A DNA stretch of 57,933 nt, from contig MHGQ01000049.1 in assembly GCA_001805645.1 (NCBI GenBank), positions 6,283 through 64,215 of the forward strand, in the 5' to 3' direction. Below the pieces are notes generated by a model that ran no database searches, was not told the DNA's origin, and saw only the letters and a list, made by a program, of their open reading frames with translations. The position numbers were made by a program, and so were the translations under genes. Positions 27,198-35,679 of the stretch are shown here, piece after piece. The DNA comes from Omnitrophica WOR_2 bacterium RIFCSPHIGHO2_02_FULL_50_17 (GTDB lineage: Bacteria; Omnitrophota; Gorgyraeia; Zapsychrales; Zapsychraceae). How positions within the stretch are numbered: position 1 is the stretch's first letter; the number at the start of each line of letters is the position of its first letter.

Positions 27198-28637
27198 TTA
27201 TTCCCTGCCGGCCGCCCAGCGAGCGGTTATCTTGAAATCCGTCAGCTCCATGTTAAAAATCTTGCGTTTCGTCGCGTATTCGAGATTCACCTCTTTAAAA
27301 AGCGGCGATTTCACCAGGCTGGCCTGAAAGGAACTGATGCTGACGCCGGCTACCGTGTATCCCTGCAAACTCAACCGGCCGCCCTCGTCCAGATGCAATA
27401 ACCGCAGGGAAACGTCCTGCGGCATCAAAGCGTTTAATTCATGCATGAGAGGTACCATCATGACTCGTCCCGTCATTTCCCGCTGAAATGCCCGGATAAA
27501 CCGGAGGGTCTGCTGAGCCCTTTCCACTTTCGGTTTTATCCGGCCAAGCCGCTCTTCCAGCCCCCGCACGTGAGTCCTTTTTTGATAAAGCCGTATCGCA
27601 GGGACCGATGCCCCCAAAAGGAAAATAATCCCTAAGAGGACCGCAAATTTCATCTTTTGGATGATTTTCAACCGCGTCTGCTTGACGGTGTGGACCTCTT
27701 GGGGGATCAGATTGATCATCTTCTTCATATCGGATAAGAGCACGCCGAACCCGACCCCGAAGGAAAGCCCCGACTGATCTTTGAGCGTTGACAAATCCAT
27801 ATTTTTCTGGCATAAGACATTTTCAAGGGGAGAGGAAATATCCACCGGGATTTTCATCTCTTCCTGCAATTTCTCCTTAAGAAGCGCCGCCTCGGGGCGC
27901 GTCGAGACAACAACCGCCCTCGTCACCTCCGGCCCCATCTCCTCTTTACGGTAATTGCGCGCGCTTAAAACGACCTGATCAACCAGCCCCTTCATCTGAT
28001 CGCCGCCGAGGTCCTTGACCCCGTAACGGATGTTCCTGGAAAAAAACAATTTGCGGTCATGGCAAAAACAAACCTCTGAATGGACGGCATCCACGTCAAT
28101 CAAAAGAACAGATTCTTTACTGCTGATCTTCCGCCGGTGCTCCTGATAGATCAGCCAGCCCAAAAGCCCCCAGGAACTGGGAATAAATTTTTCAGGGCTC
28201 AACCCCGCCTCTTGAAAAAGATTCAGATACCGGCGGCTGACCTCTTTATGAAGCGCCATGACCAGCACCCGGACATAACCGGAGGACTCTTTCTCCAAAA
28301 GCTCATAATCATACACCACATCCTCCACAGAGTAAGGGAGCTGACTGACCAACTGCAATCCCACCATCTTCCTGATCTCCCGTTCATTCTGCGACGGCAG
28401 GCGCATCTGTTTCAGGATAATAAGCCGTCGGGGAATGACTCCCATCAGACTTTCCGAAGGGATGGTGCGGGAGGCGGTCATGTCCTTCAGTGCCTTAACG
28501 ATGCCCTCATCCCTAGAATCCGCAACCGGCCGGAGTGTGCACAGGGAAAGGACGCTCCCCCCCCGCACAACCTTGGCCTGCAACAGCTTGATGTGGGTAT
28601 CTGTGATCTCAATGGTGGTTAAAAGATTTTTCTTCAT
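27198..28637 (-). CDS. GspL-like / PilM-PilN fusion
   Basis: Actin-like cytoplasmic part, INLIP, TM, PilN-like domain; lacks the GGG nucleotide loop seen in the 4068-5765 paralog. Confidence 0.8.
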   Translation of the reverse strand: MKKNLLTTIEITDTHIKLLQAKVVRGGSVLSLCTLRPVADSRDEGIVKALKDMTASRTIPSESLMGVIPRRLIILKQMRLPSQNEREIRKMVGLQLVSQLPYSVEDVVYDYELLEKESSGYVRVLVMALHKEVSRRYLNLFQEAGLSPEKFIPSSWGLLGWLIYQEHRRKISSKESVLLIDVDAVHSEVCFCHDRKLFFSRNIRYGVKDLGGDQMKGLVDQVVLSARNYRKEEMGPEVTRAVVVSTRPEAALLKEKLQEEMKIPVDISSPLENVLCQKNMDLSTLKDQSGLSFGVGFGVLLSDMKKMINLIPQEVHTVKQTRLKIIQKMKFAVLLGIIFLLGASVPAIRLYQKRTHVRGLEERLGRIKPKVERAQQTLRFIRAFQREMTGRVMMVPLMHELNALMPQDVSLRLLHLDEGGRLSLQGYTVAGVSISSFQASLVKSPLFKEVNLEYATKRKIFNMELTDFKITARWAAGRE

Positions 28638-28641
28638 AAAT

Positions 28642-29724
28642 CTAATCCCTGTGCCAGTAATGGACGGTCAAATCGGGACGATAAATGACCGCGCTCATTT
28701 CTGTTTTCGCGCCCCGTCTGTATTCAACGCCTTCGCTGTGGACGTAAATATAATCGGACTTTTCCGTCCGGAACTGATTCATGGCCAGAAACAAGACATT
28801 TTCCTTGGCGTTCAACGCCATCTTGCCCATCTCGATCGGACGGTCGTCGACGGTGAATTCCCTCCCGTCCTCGCCGCGGCGGTAATCCAAAATCTTTGTC
28901 GCCAAGGCATCCGCATCGGCTGTATCCGTGTTGGTGAGGGACCCTTTAAACGCATAAGCGAGGGCTTGCAGGACGGCCTCAGAGGCCGTGTCAAAATTGA
29001 TGCGCAAATTTCCGCTTTTGGGAAAAATCGTAATATCATCCTCTATCTTCTGGAATGCCTCCGGATCCATCCCCCGCACGAGAAGCAGCTCCTCCTTGGA
29101 ATCCAAGGGGCGGTTCTTGCAATGATACGGATTGGAAAGACCCATGTAATAATCATCCTCGGCGCCCGAACCCTCCTGGCTGAGGAGATTATCCGCATCC
29201 TTCCAGTCCAGCAGGGAAAAAGTTATTATCTGCGCCGTCTGGGGGTCGGATCCCCGAAGGATGAGGAGGCTGTTCAAAACAAAGGCATTGGAGGATGTCA
29301 GGGCGTTGACATTGATCCTGCGCTCCTCGTCCTGCAGGCCGTAATAAACGCCCCCCTCCTCTTGCCCTGCAAAGCCATCAGCCCTGGAGGATATCTCGAA
29401 ATACCCGTCCCCCACGACGCGTTCCTTAAAAAGCTCGACGGGCGTGTGTTCTTCATTCATTGGAATCGCACAGTAATAAAGCGTATCGCGCCTGCCTGAC
29501 AAGGAATCATGGGAATCTTCCCTTATCTGATCCAAGGCATAGACAATGCCCGCCCAGGCCAGATATTTTGATTTTGCCTTGGCAACGGTGTGTTTTGTCA
29601 AGGCCAGTTCAAGAGCTGTGCTGCGCCCCACGCTTAAGGTGAGGGCTGTCAAAACAACCAATACCCATAAAGTAACAAGGAGTATTGTACCAGACTGCTC
29701 TTTTTTCCCTAAAAAAACCTTCAT
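28642..29724 (-). CDS. gspK: Type II secretion minor pseudopilin GspK
   Basis: SG|TILLVTLWVL, LQDEERRINVN, DWKDAD, ELLLVRGM, INFDTAS. Confidence 0.9.
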   Translation of the reverse strand: MKVFLGKKEQSGTILLVTLWVLVVLTALTLSVGRSTALELALTKHTVAKAKSKYLAWAGIVYALDQIREDSHDSLSGRRDTLYYCAIPMNEEHTPVELFKERVVGDGYFEISSRADGFAGQEEGGVYYGLQDEERRINVNALTSSNAFVLNSLLILRGSDPQTAQIITFSLLDWKDADNLLSQEGSGAEDDYYMGLSNPYHCKNRPLDSKEELLLVRGMDPEAFQKIEDDITIFPKSGNLRINFDTASEAVLQALAYAFKGSLTNTDTADADALATKILDYRRGEDGREFTVDDRPIEMGKMALNAKENVLFLAMNQFRTEKSDYIYVHSEGVEYRRGAKTEMSAVIYRPDLTVHYWHRD

Positions 29725-30485
29725 GACGCCTCTTTCCCTAACGACCCCTGGGGAATGAGAACCCTCCTGTCGAGCCGTGCCGCCTCTTTATTCCCGCCCT
29801 CAACAAAAAAATCCATTTCGATACGGACGGCCAGAGGCGGATAAGGATTCTGCCATTTGTCCTTCCAGGCAGAGAGGCGGTCTTCGCCCTCTTTCAAATA
29901 ACCGAAAGAAAATTTAAGACCGTTTTCTTCAATATTGGTGGCAATGACCTCACTCGTCCCGCCCGCCCCTGAATTCCCTTCCAGAGAATCCACAAATTCC
30001 CTTTCCTCCCTCACGAGGCAATAGAGACGGCGCGCGCGCTCATCGCGCAGGGTCATGTCCACATTCTTGCGATATGCGGCGCCGACGATAATCCGATGGA
30101 TTTGGGTTTCCTCCGGCGGGACAAGATAATAACTCACGGCCTTTAACCCGCCTTCAGAGACGGTCATAAAAGTTATTTTGTTATCGCCTCCCTCAAACGC
30201 CCTCTTCTCAGGATAAGAATTGGAAAAGTCATAAGGGACTGTGTTTTCCATATCCCTCACCATCAGCTCCAATGCCCAGCGTATCTCCCGGTAGGAACCG
30301 CCGCTCCTTTCAGAGCGGCGGCTTAAGTTCATGCCTGCCCAAAAGGTGCTGTAAACACACACGGCGATGACGGAAAAAAGACTCAATCCCAAAAGAAGCT
30401 CAAGGAGCGTGAAGCCTGCATACTTTTTTCTCGCCGTCTGTGATATTTTAGACTTGAGGTTGTGTTTTGAGCGTGAGTTGCCCAT
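29721..30485 (-). CDS. GspJ-like minor pseudopilin
   Basis: AG|FTLLELLLGL; W.DKWQ..YPPLAVRI C-terminus. Confidence 0.85.
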   Translation of the reverse strand: MGNSRSKHNLKSKISQTARKKYAGFTLLELLLGLSLFSVIAVCVYSTFWAGMNLSRRSERSGGSYREIRWALELMVRDMENTVPYDFSNSYPEKRAFEGGDNKITFMTVSEGGLKAVSYYLVPPEETQIHRIIVGAAYRKNVDMTLRDERARRLYCLVREEREFVDSLEGNSGAGGTSEVIATNIEENGLKFSFGYLKEGEDRLSAWKDKWQNPYPPLAVRIEMDFFVEGGNKEAARLDRRVLIPQGSLGKEAS

Positions 30486-30489
30486 GACA

Positions 30490-30903
30490 TTATTCCTGTT
30501 TTTTCTTAACGTCGCTGCCCAGAGAATATGTCTTTAAGACAATACGGTTTTGCCGTCTTCCCGACTTCCACTGGATTTGTGCACTGACCTTCTGAATACC
30601 GCCCGGCGATGTCTCCTGAAAGGGATCCGCCTCTAAGAAATACTGATAGGCTGCATCGGGATCGGCAAGCTGCTTTTGACTTGAGCCTGTCTCGAGGAAA
30701 CCTCCTTCCATGAGATCGAACATCTGATCTTCCAAGGCCGTTAAAGCTGCCGTATAATCCGCGCTGTAACGGATGGCGCGTAAGGCTGAGGTCATAGATT
30801 GGACGATCACACTCAGGCTGACCGAAAGGACCATAACCGACAATAAGGCCTCCAAAAGAAGAGACCCTCTTTCTTTATCCTTTGTTTTCAAGAATCCAGA
30901 CAT
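30490..30903 (-). CDS. GspI-like minor pseudopilin
   Basis: RG|SLLLEALLSV class III signal; position between H and J. Confidence 0.8.
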   Translation of the reverse strand: MSGFLKTKDKERGSLLLEALLSVMVLSVSLSVIVQSMTSALRAIRYSADYTAALTALEDQMFDLMEGGFLETGSSQKQLADPDAAYQYFLEADPFQETSPGGIQKVSAQIQWKSGRRQNRIVLKTYSLGSDVKKKQE

Positions 30904-31360
30904 GGCCCCGCTGTCCCTGGGTTGAGATTGTAAGACACTTCTCCTGACGGCAGATGGAAATATCCTGTTTCTCTATACGCCCGTCGGGAAAAAAATAAAC
31001 AAAAGGATCATCCGTGTGAACCGTTACATCATCCGGGATCCGAAAAACCCTGCCCCAGCGCCCCCCGACGGGCTCAAAGGCCCCCTCGCCTTCTCCCGAT
31101 GGGGGTGTCTGCTGCATCAGTTGATATTCTGACAATGTAGAATCAAACGCCAGACGGATGCGCCGGTTGTTCATGACACAGCGGCTCTGGGCATAGCGCA
31201 TGACGAACGCAAGGTCTTCGACCGTTTTATGCAGTTGAAGGCGCGCATAGGCGGGACTGAAACTGGGAACGGTCAATCCCACGACCACTAAGAGAATGAT
31301 AACGACCAGCAATAGCTCGATAATCGTAAACCCTAAAAGTAGACGGTGGCGAAGCCCCAT
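30875..31360 (-). CDS. GspH-like minor pseudopilin
   Basis: LG|FTIIELLLVV; FFPDG motif; start 31360 preferred over 31390. Confidence 0.85.
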   Translation of the reverse strand: MGLRHRLLLGFTIIELLLVVIILLVVVGLTVPSFSPAYARLQLHKTVEDLAFVMRYAQSRCVMNNRRIRLAFDSTLSEYQLMQQTPPSGEGEGAFEPVGGRWGRVFRIPDDVTVHTDDPFVYFFPDGRIEKQDISICRQEKCLTISTQGQRGHVWILENKG

Positions 31361-31368
31361 GCCTTGAC

Positions 31369-31806
31369 CTACTCTTCCAAATCCGTCCAATTGACGATAT
31401 CATCGCCGCTTTCCACGCCATCAGGGCCGTAAGAAAAAAGGTCAAAGCCGTCCGTGTTATGAACGCCCGGCGAGACATACGCATATTCCTTCCCCCACGG
31501 ATCCAAAGCAATCGCCTTCTTCTTAAGATAGGGGCCGCTCCAATTCTCCGGGACAGGCGAGGCGGACGGTTTCTGAATCAACGCCTTTAAGCTCTGGTCG
31601 GTCGTAGGGTACTGGCTGTTATCCAGCTCGTAGAGATCCAGGGCCGTTGTCAGATTGGCCTCAATATCCGCACGGGCCGCGGCCGCGCGCGCCTGCTTGC
31701 CCCGTCCGGCGATATTCGGAATAACCATCGCGGCCAAGATGCCGATAATCATCACAACCAGCATAATTTCAATCAACGTAAATGCCTTCCTGTTTTTAAG
31801 AACCAT
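31369..31806 (-). CDS. gspG: Major pseudopilin GspG
   Basis: KA|FTLIEIMLVV, ALDLYELDN..YPTTDQSLKAL, WSGPYL, DPWGKEY, DLFSYGPDG, DDIVNW. Confidence 0.95.
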   Translation of the reverse strand: MVLKNRKAFTLIEIMLVVMIIGILAAMVIPNIAGRGKQARAAAARADIEANLTTALDLYELDNSQYPTTDQSLKALIQKPSASPVPENWSGPYLKKKAIALDPWGKEYAYVSPGVHNTDGFDLFSYGPDGVESGDDIVNWTDLEE

Positions 31807-31821
31807 TGTCTTCTCCTTGCC

Positions 31822-33066
31822 TCATGAGATCAACACGTTCATCCTAAGAATCGGAAGCAGCATGGCGATGACCGCAAATCCGACCAGGACAACAATTGCG
31901 ATAAGAACAACGGGCCCCAACAGCGATATCATCAACCGGACAGTCTGCTCGGACTGCCTCTCCAGCGTATCCGCCATCTTAAAGAGGCTTTCCTCCAGCC
32001 GTCCGGCCTCCTCCCCGACGGAAACCATGGAGACCGCCATCTCTGGGAAAAAAGCGCTTTTCTGAAACGCCGCCCTCAGCGTCGATCCGTCGCCCACCTC
32101 ATGCGATATTCCTCGGATGGCCTCGCTTAATACCGTATTACCGACAACAGGATACACCGCATTTAAGGCAGAGGTGATGGGAACCCCGTTTTCCAGCAGC
32201 GCGCCTAATGTCCGCGCAAACCGCCCGATTTCAACGACCTTTATAAATTCGCCCAGGAAAGGAAGCCGCAGTTTCCAATCGTCAAACCACAAACGCCCCT
32301 TTGCAGAATTGACCCATCGATTCCCATATATCCCCCCTAGGACGATAACGCTGAACAGCCACCACCAATGGCGGGCAAAAAATCCGCTCACGCGCATCAA
32401 CACAAGAGTCGGCAGAGGCAGAGCCTCATCAAAATCATCAAACATAATGGACAAACGGGGGATGACGAAGACCAGAAGGACAACCACCGTCAAAACGCCC
32501 ACCGCAAGAATCAATAAGGGGTAAGTCAGGCTTGAGCGGACTTTGCTGCGTATCTCATAATCCTTTTCAAGATGGCTGGCGAGCCGCTCCAGCACCTTAT
32601 CCAAATGCCCGCCCACCTCGCCGGTTCTGGCCATATTCACATAAAAGGGGGAAAACAAATCCGGGTGCCTCGCCAGCGCCCCGGAAAACGAACCGCCGTT
32701 CTGAACAAAATGATACATATCATCCACCATATCGCGCAACGGCGAACTTCTCAGTTGATGCAGGACGATCTGCAATGCCCTTAAAAGGGGGACAGAGGCG
32801 CCGACCAGATCGCTGATCTGCCTTGTCAATAACAGAATCTGCTGAGGACCTGCCCTCCGTGGCCCTATCCACGAAGACTTTAAAGTGCGCTGAAGGCTTG
32901 CGTCTTGTTCCTTTCCAGCCTCCGCGGCCTCCACAAGGGTCACATCAATGGGTGCCAGGCCCTGCCGAATAATTTGGACAACGGCATTATCCAGATTCGA
33001 GGACTCGACAATGCCGCTCACAACCTTATCCGGGCCTCCCTTGGCCTTGTATCGAAACGCCGGCAT
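31822..33066 (-). CDS. gspF: Type II secretion platform protein GspF
   Basis: MPAFRYKA start at 33066 with strong SD; GEVGGHL and GEEAGRL motifs. Confidence 0.93.
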   Translation of the reverse strand: MPAFRYKAKGGPDKVVSGIVESSNLDNAVVQIIRQGLAPIDVTLVEAAEAGKEQDASLQRTLKSSWIGPRRAGPQQILLLTRQISDLVGASVPLLRALQIVLHQLRSSPLRDMVDDMYHFVQNGGSFSGALARHPDLFSPFYVNMARTGEVGGHLDKVLERLASHLEKDYEIRSKVRSSLTYPLLILAVGVLTVVVLLVFVIPRLSIMFDDFDEALPLPTLVLMRVSGFFARHWWWLFSVIVLGGIYGNRWVNSAKGRLWFDDWKLRLPFLGEFIKVVEIGRFARTLGALLENGVPITSALNAVYPVVGNTVLSEAIRGISHEVGDGSTLRAAFQKSAFFPEMAVSMVSVGEEAGRLEESLFKMADTLERQSEQTVRLMISLLGPVVLIAIVVLVGFAVIAMLLPILRMNVLIS

Positions 33067-33140
33067 CCTGCCCTCTTCCTCCTCCTCACAACCCACAGCA
33101 CATTCTCATCCGTTCAATGAGCTGCCATGACGTTATAAGG

Positions 33141-34841
33141 TTAATTTTCCTCTTCCTGCGTCACCCGTAAAACCTCTTGGATCGTTGTGATCCCTTTCCT
33201 GACCTTTTCCCAGCCGGCCTGACGCAGCGTCCTCATCCCGCATGCAACAGCCCTTTCTTTAAGCCGGCCCGCGGCTGCCCGCTCCAGGATCAGCTGACGG
33301 ATGGCATCATTAAAAATAAAAAATTCATAGATGGCCTCCCGTCCGCTGAAGCCGGTAAAATTGCAGGCCTTGCATCCCTTGCCTTCGTAAACATCTCTCG
33401 TCGAAGAGATATCCGCCTCTGAGCCAAAGTCTTTGATCATCTCAGGCGTTACCTGAACCGGCATCTTACATTTGGGACAGATAATACGGACCAAACGCTG
33501 GGCGATAAAATCCTCCACCGTGCTGGTAATCAGATAAGGCTCCACCCCCATGTCCAAAAGCCTCGTGACGCCGCTGGCGGCGTCATTGGTGTGCAGCGTG
33601 GAGAAAATCAAATGACCCGTCAAGGCAATCTGAACGGAGATCTGGGCGGTCTCCCTATCGCGGACCTCACCCACCATCATAATATCGGGATCGTGCCTGA
33701 GCATCGAACGCAGGCCATGGGCGAAACTCAGGCCTATCGCCGGATTGACCTGAATCTGGATAATCCCTTTAAGCTGATACTCGATAGGGTCCTCAATGGT
33801 GATAATCTTTTTCTCCTGCGTATTGATATGCGCCAGACAAGAGTAAAGGGTTGTGGTCTTTCCCGAACCCGTCGGGCCCGTCAAGAATATAATCCCATGC
33901 GGTTTCTTAATCAAACCTTCCAAGAGACTTTTCTCTCTTTCCGAAAGTCCCAATTCCTCAAGGCTGTAAAGCCGGGTGGTATTGAGAATACGCAGGACAA
34001 CGCTCTCCCCGTAAGGTGTCGGAATAAACGAAACCCTTAAGTCAAGGTCGATGTCCCCCACACACACCTTAAACCGGCCGTCCTGCGGCATCCTCTTCTC
34101 GGCGATGTTCAGGTTCGATAGAATCTTAATGCGGGAGACAATCGCCTCCCGGAAATGTTTGATGTCGGGGGGGACGCGCGCATCGTATAAAACCCCGTCC
34201 ACGCGGTAGCGCACCTGCAGCCCGCCCTCAAAGGGCTCAATATGGATATCCGTTGCGCGATCCCTATAGGCCTCCAGGAGAATCTGGTTGAAGAATTTGC
34301 TGATGGAGGCCTCGGACTGTGTCTCCTCGATATTGGTGACCTCGCGGGCGGCCTGGACAACCGGCTGAGCGGTATCCATCATCCGCTCAATCGTCTCGGC
34401 CCCGATGCCGTAATACCGGCGGATGGCCTCCAGAATTTCCCTCTGTCCCGACAAAACAGGATTTAACCGGGCGTCCACCACAAGCCCTATTTCATCCAAA
34501 AGATGGATATCCCAAGGCCTCGTTGTTGCAATCGTGAGTGTATCGTTTTCTAACCGTAAGGGGATAACCTGATAATGACTGACAAACTGGGCGGGGATTT
34601 TTTTTATAACCTCAGCGGAAATTTCGATATCTCTGAGAGTGACATAAGCCACTCCCATCTCGTGGGCCAGGACCGGCAAAATCGCGGTCTCATCGTCGAT
34701 GAAACCAAGCTCCAAAAGGATTACCTTAAGCTCTTTTCCTGTCTCTTCCTGTTTCTTAAGGGCGAGACCCAGCTGCTCGGAGGTGATGATATGTTTGTCA
34801 ACAAGCAACGGCCCTAAAACTTTACTCTCAGGAAGGGTCAT
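33141..34841 (-). CDS. gspE: Type II secretion ATPase GspE
   Basis: ATDIHIEP, GPTGSGKTTT, LRHDPDIMMVGEVRD, TGHLIFSTLHTN, CPKC/CKAC. Confidence 0.95.
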   Translation of the reverse strand: MTLPESKVLGPLLVDKHIITSEQLGLALKKQEETGKELKVILLELGFIDDETAILPVLAHEMGVAYVTLRDIEISAEVIKKIPAQFVSHYQVIPLRLENDTLTIATTRPWDIHLLDEIGLVVDARLNPVLSGQREILEAIRRYYGIGAETIERMMDTAQPVVQAAREVTNIEETQSEASISKFFNQILLEAYRDRATDIHIEPFEGGLQVRYRVDGVLYDARVPPDIKHFREAIVSRIKILSNLNIAEKRMPQDGRFKVCVGDIDLDLRVSFIPTPYGESVVLRILNTTRLYSLEELGLSEREKSLLEGLIKKPHGIIFLTGPTGSGKTTTLYSCLAHINTQEKKIITIEDPIEYQLKGIIQIQVNPAIGLSFAHGLRSMLRHDPDIMMVGEVRDRETAQISVQIALTGHLIFSTLHTNDAASGVTRLLDMGVEPYLITSTVEDFIAQRLVRIICPKCKMPVQVTPEMIKDFGSEADISSTRDVYEGKGCKACNFTGFSGREAIYEFFIFNDAIRQLILERAAAGRLKERAVACGMRTLRQAGWEKVRKGITTIQEVLRVTQEEEN

Positions 34842-35651
34842 CTATGATATTCCGGCGCTCAACCCCGCCGTCGGCGGACTCAACGCCTCCCGAACGGCCT
34901 TAACAACGCTCTCTTTGTCATCGGTTTTTCTGATAAAGCCCCAAGCCCCCGCCTTGAGGGCGCTTGGGCGTCCCTCCTCTATACTTTCTTCACCGCAAAT
35001 AATGAAAGAAAAATCTTTCAAAGACGATATTCCCTTGATAATCTCCATAAGTTTATCGGCACCCACCCCATCCAATTGAACCTTAAGGATAACCGCATCC
35101 GGTTTGAGGCGCAGGACATGGTTAACGCCCTCGGCTATCGTATTGGCGATGTAGACTTCGTAACCGCTTCCCGTCAGCATCCCCTCCAATTTTGAGCCAA
35201 GAAACACATCGTTTTCAAGGATCAATATTTTCTTCTTCATGCCGGCGCTGATATCAATGCTTTTTGTCTTGGATTGCTTCTCCCGGGCCCTATACAAGAC
35301 CTTTTTCACTCTCGCCAGCAGATCCTCGGCATCAAAAGGCTTTATGATGAAATCATCCACCTCTATGACCTCAAAATAATCGTGCATCTGGCCGCGGGCG
35401 GTCAGGACAATAAAGGGAATCTCTTTGCCGAAGTCGCTGCCGCGCAATTTCTGCATCAATTGATTGCCGTCCATATTCGGCATCAGGATATCCGAAATGA
35501 TCAGATCCGGTTTAACCTCAGTTGCGGTTTGAAAGCCCTTCTGGCCGTCCTCGGCCTGATGGACCTCGTATCCGGCCGTCTCCAGCTCCAGGCTCAGCAT
35601 CATCCTCATATGGCTTTCATCTTCGACAATGAGAATCTTTTTTTTATCCAT
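34842..35651 (-). CDS. Tandem receiver protein (REC + pseudo-REC)
   Basis: First REC canonical (SDILMP); second has VILKVQ in place of the phosphoacceptor Asp. ORF track start is 35672. Confidence 0.88.
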   Translation of the reverse strand: MDKKKILIVEDESHMRMMLSLELETAGYEVHQAEDGQKGFQTATEVKPDLIISDILMPNMDGNQLMQKLRGSDFGKEIPFIVLTARGQMHDYFEVIEVDDFIIKPFDAEDLLARVKKVLYRAREKQSKTKSIDISAGMKKKILILENDVFLGSKLEGMLTGSGYEVYIANTIAEGVNHVLRLKPDAVILKVQLDGVGADKLMEIIKGISSLKDFSFIICGEESIEEGRPSALKAGAWGFIRKTDDKESVVKAVREALSPPTAGLSAGIS

Positions 35652-35679
35652 ATCTTCCACGCCCCCCTGCAATAGACAA

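Noticed and set aside
10364-33885. Identical roughly 25-nt stretch in pilB and gspE
   Set aside because: It encodes the shared Walker A (TGPTGSGKT); explained by paralogy.
34865-34877. CCGCCGTCGGCGG at the end of the tandem receiver gene
   Set aside because: It might be a micro-element, but 6-bp arms are insufficient evidence.
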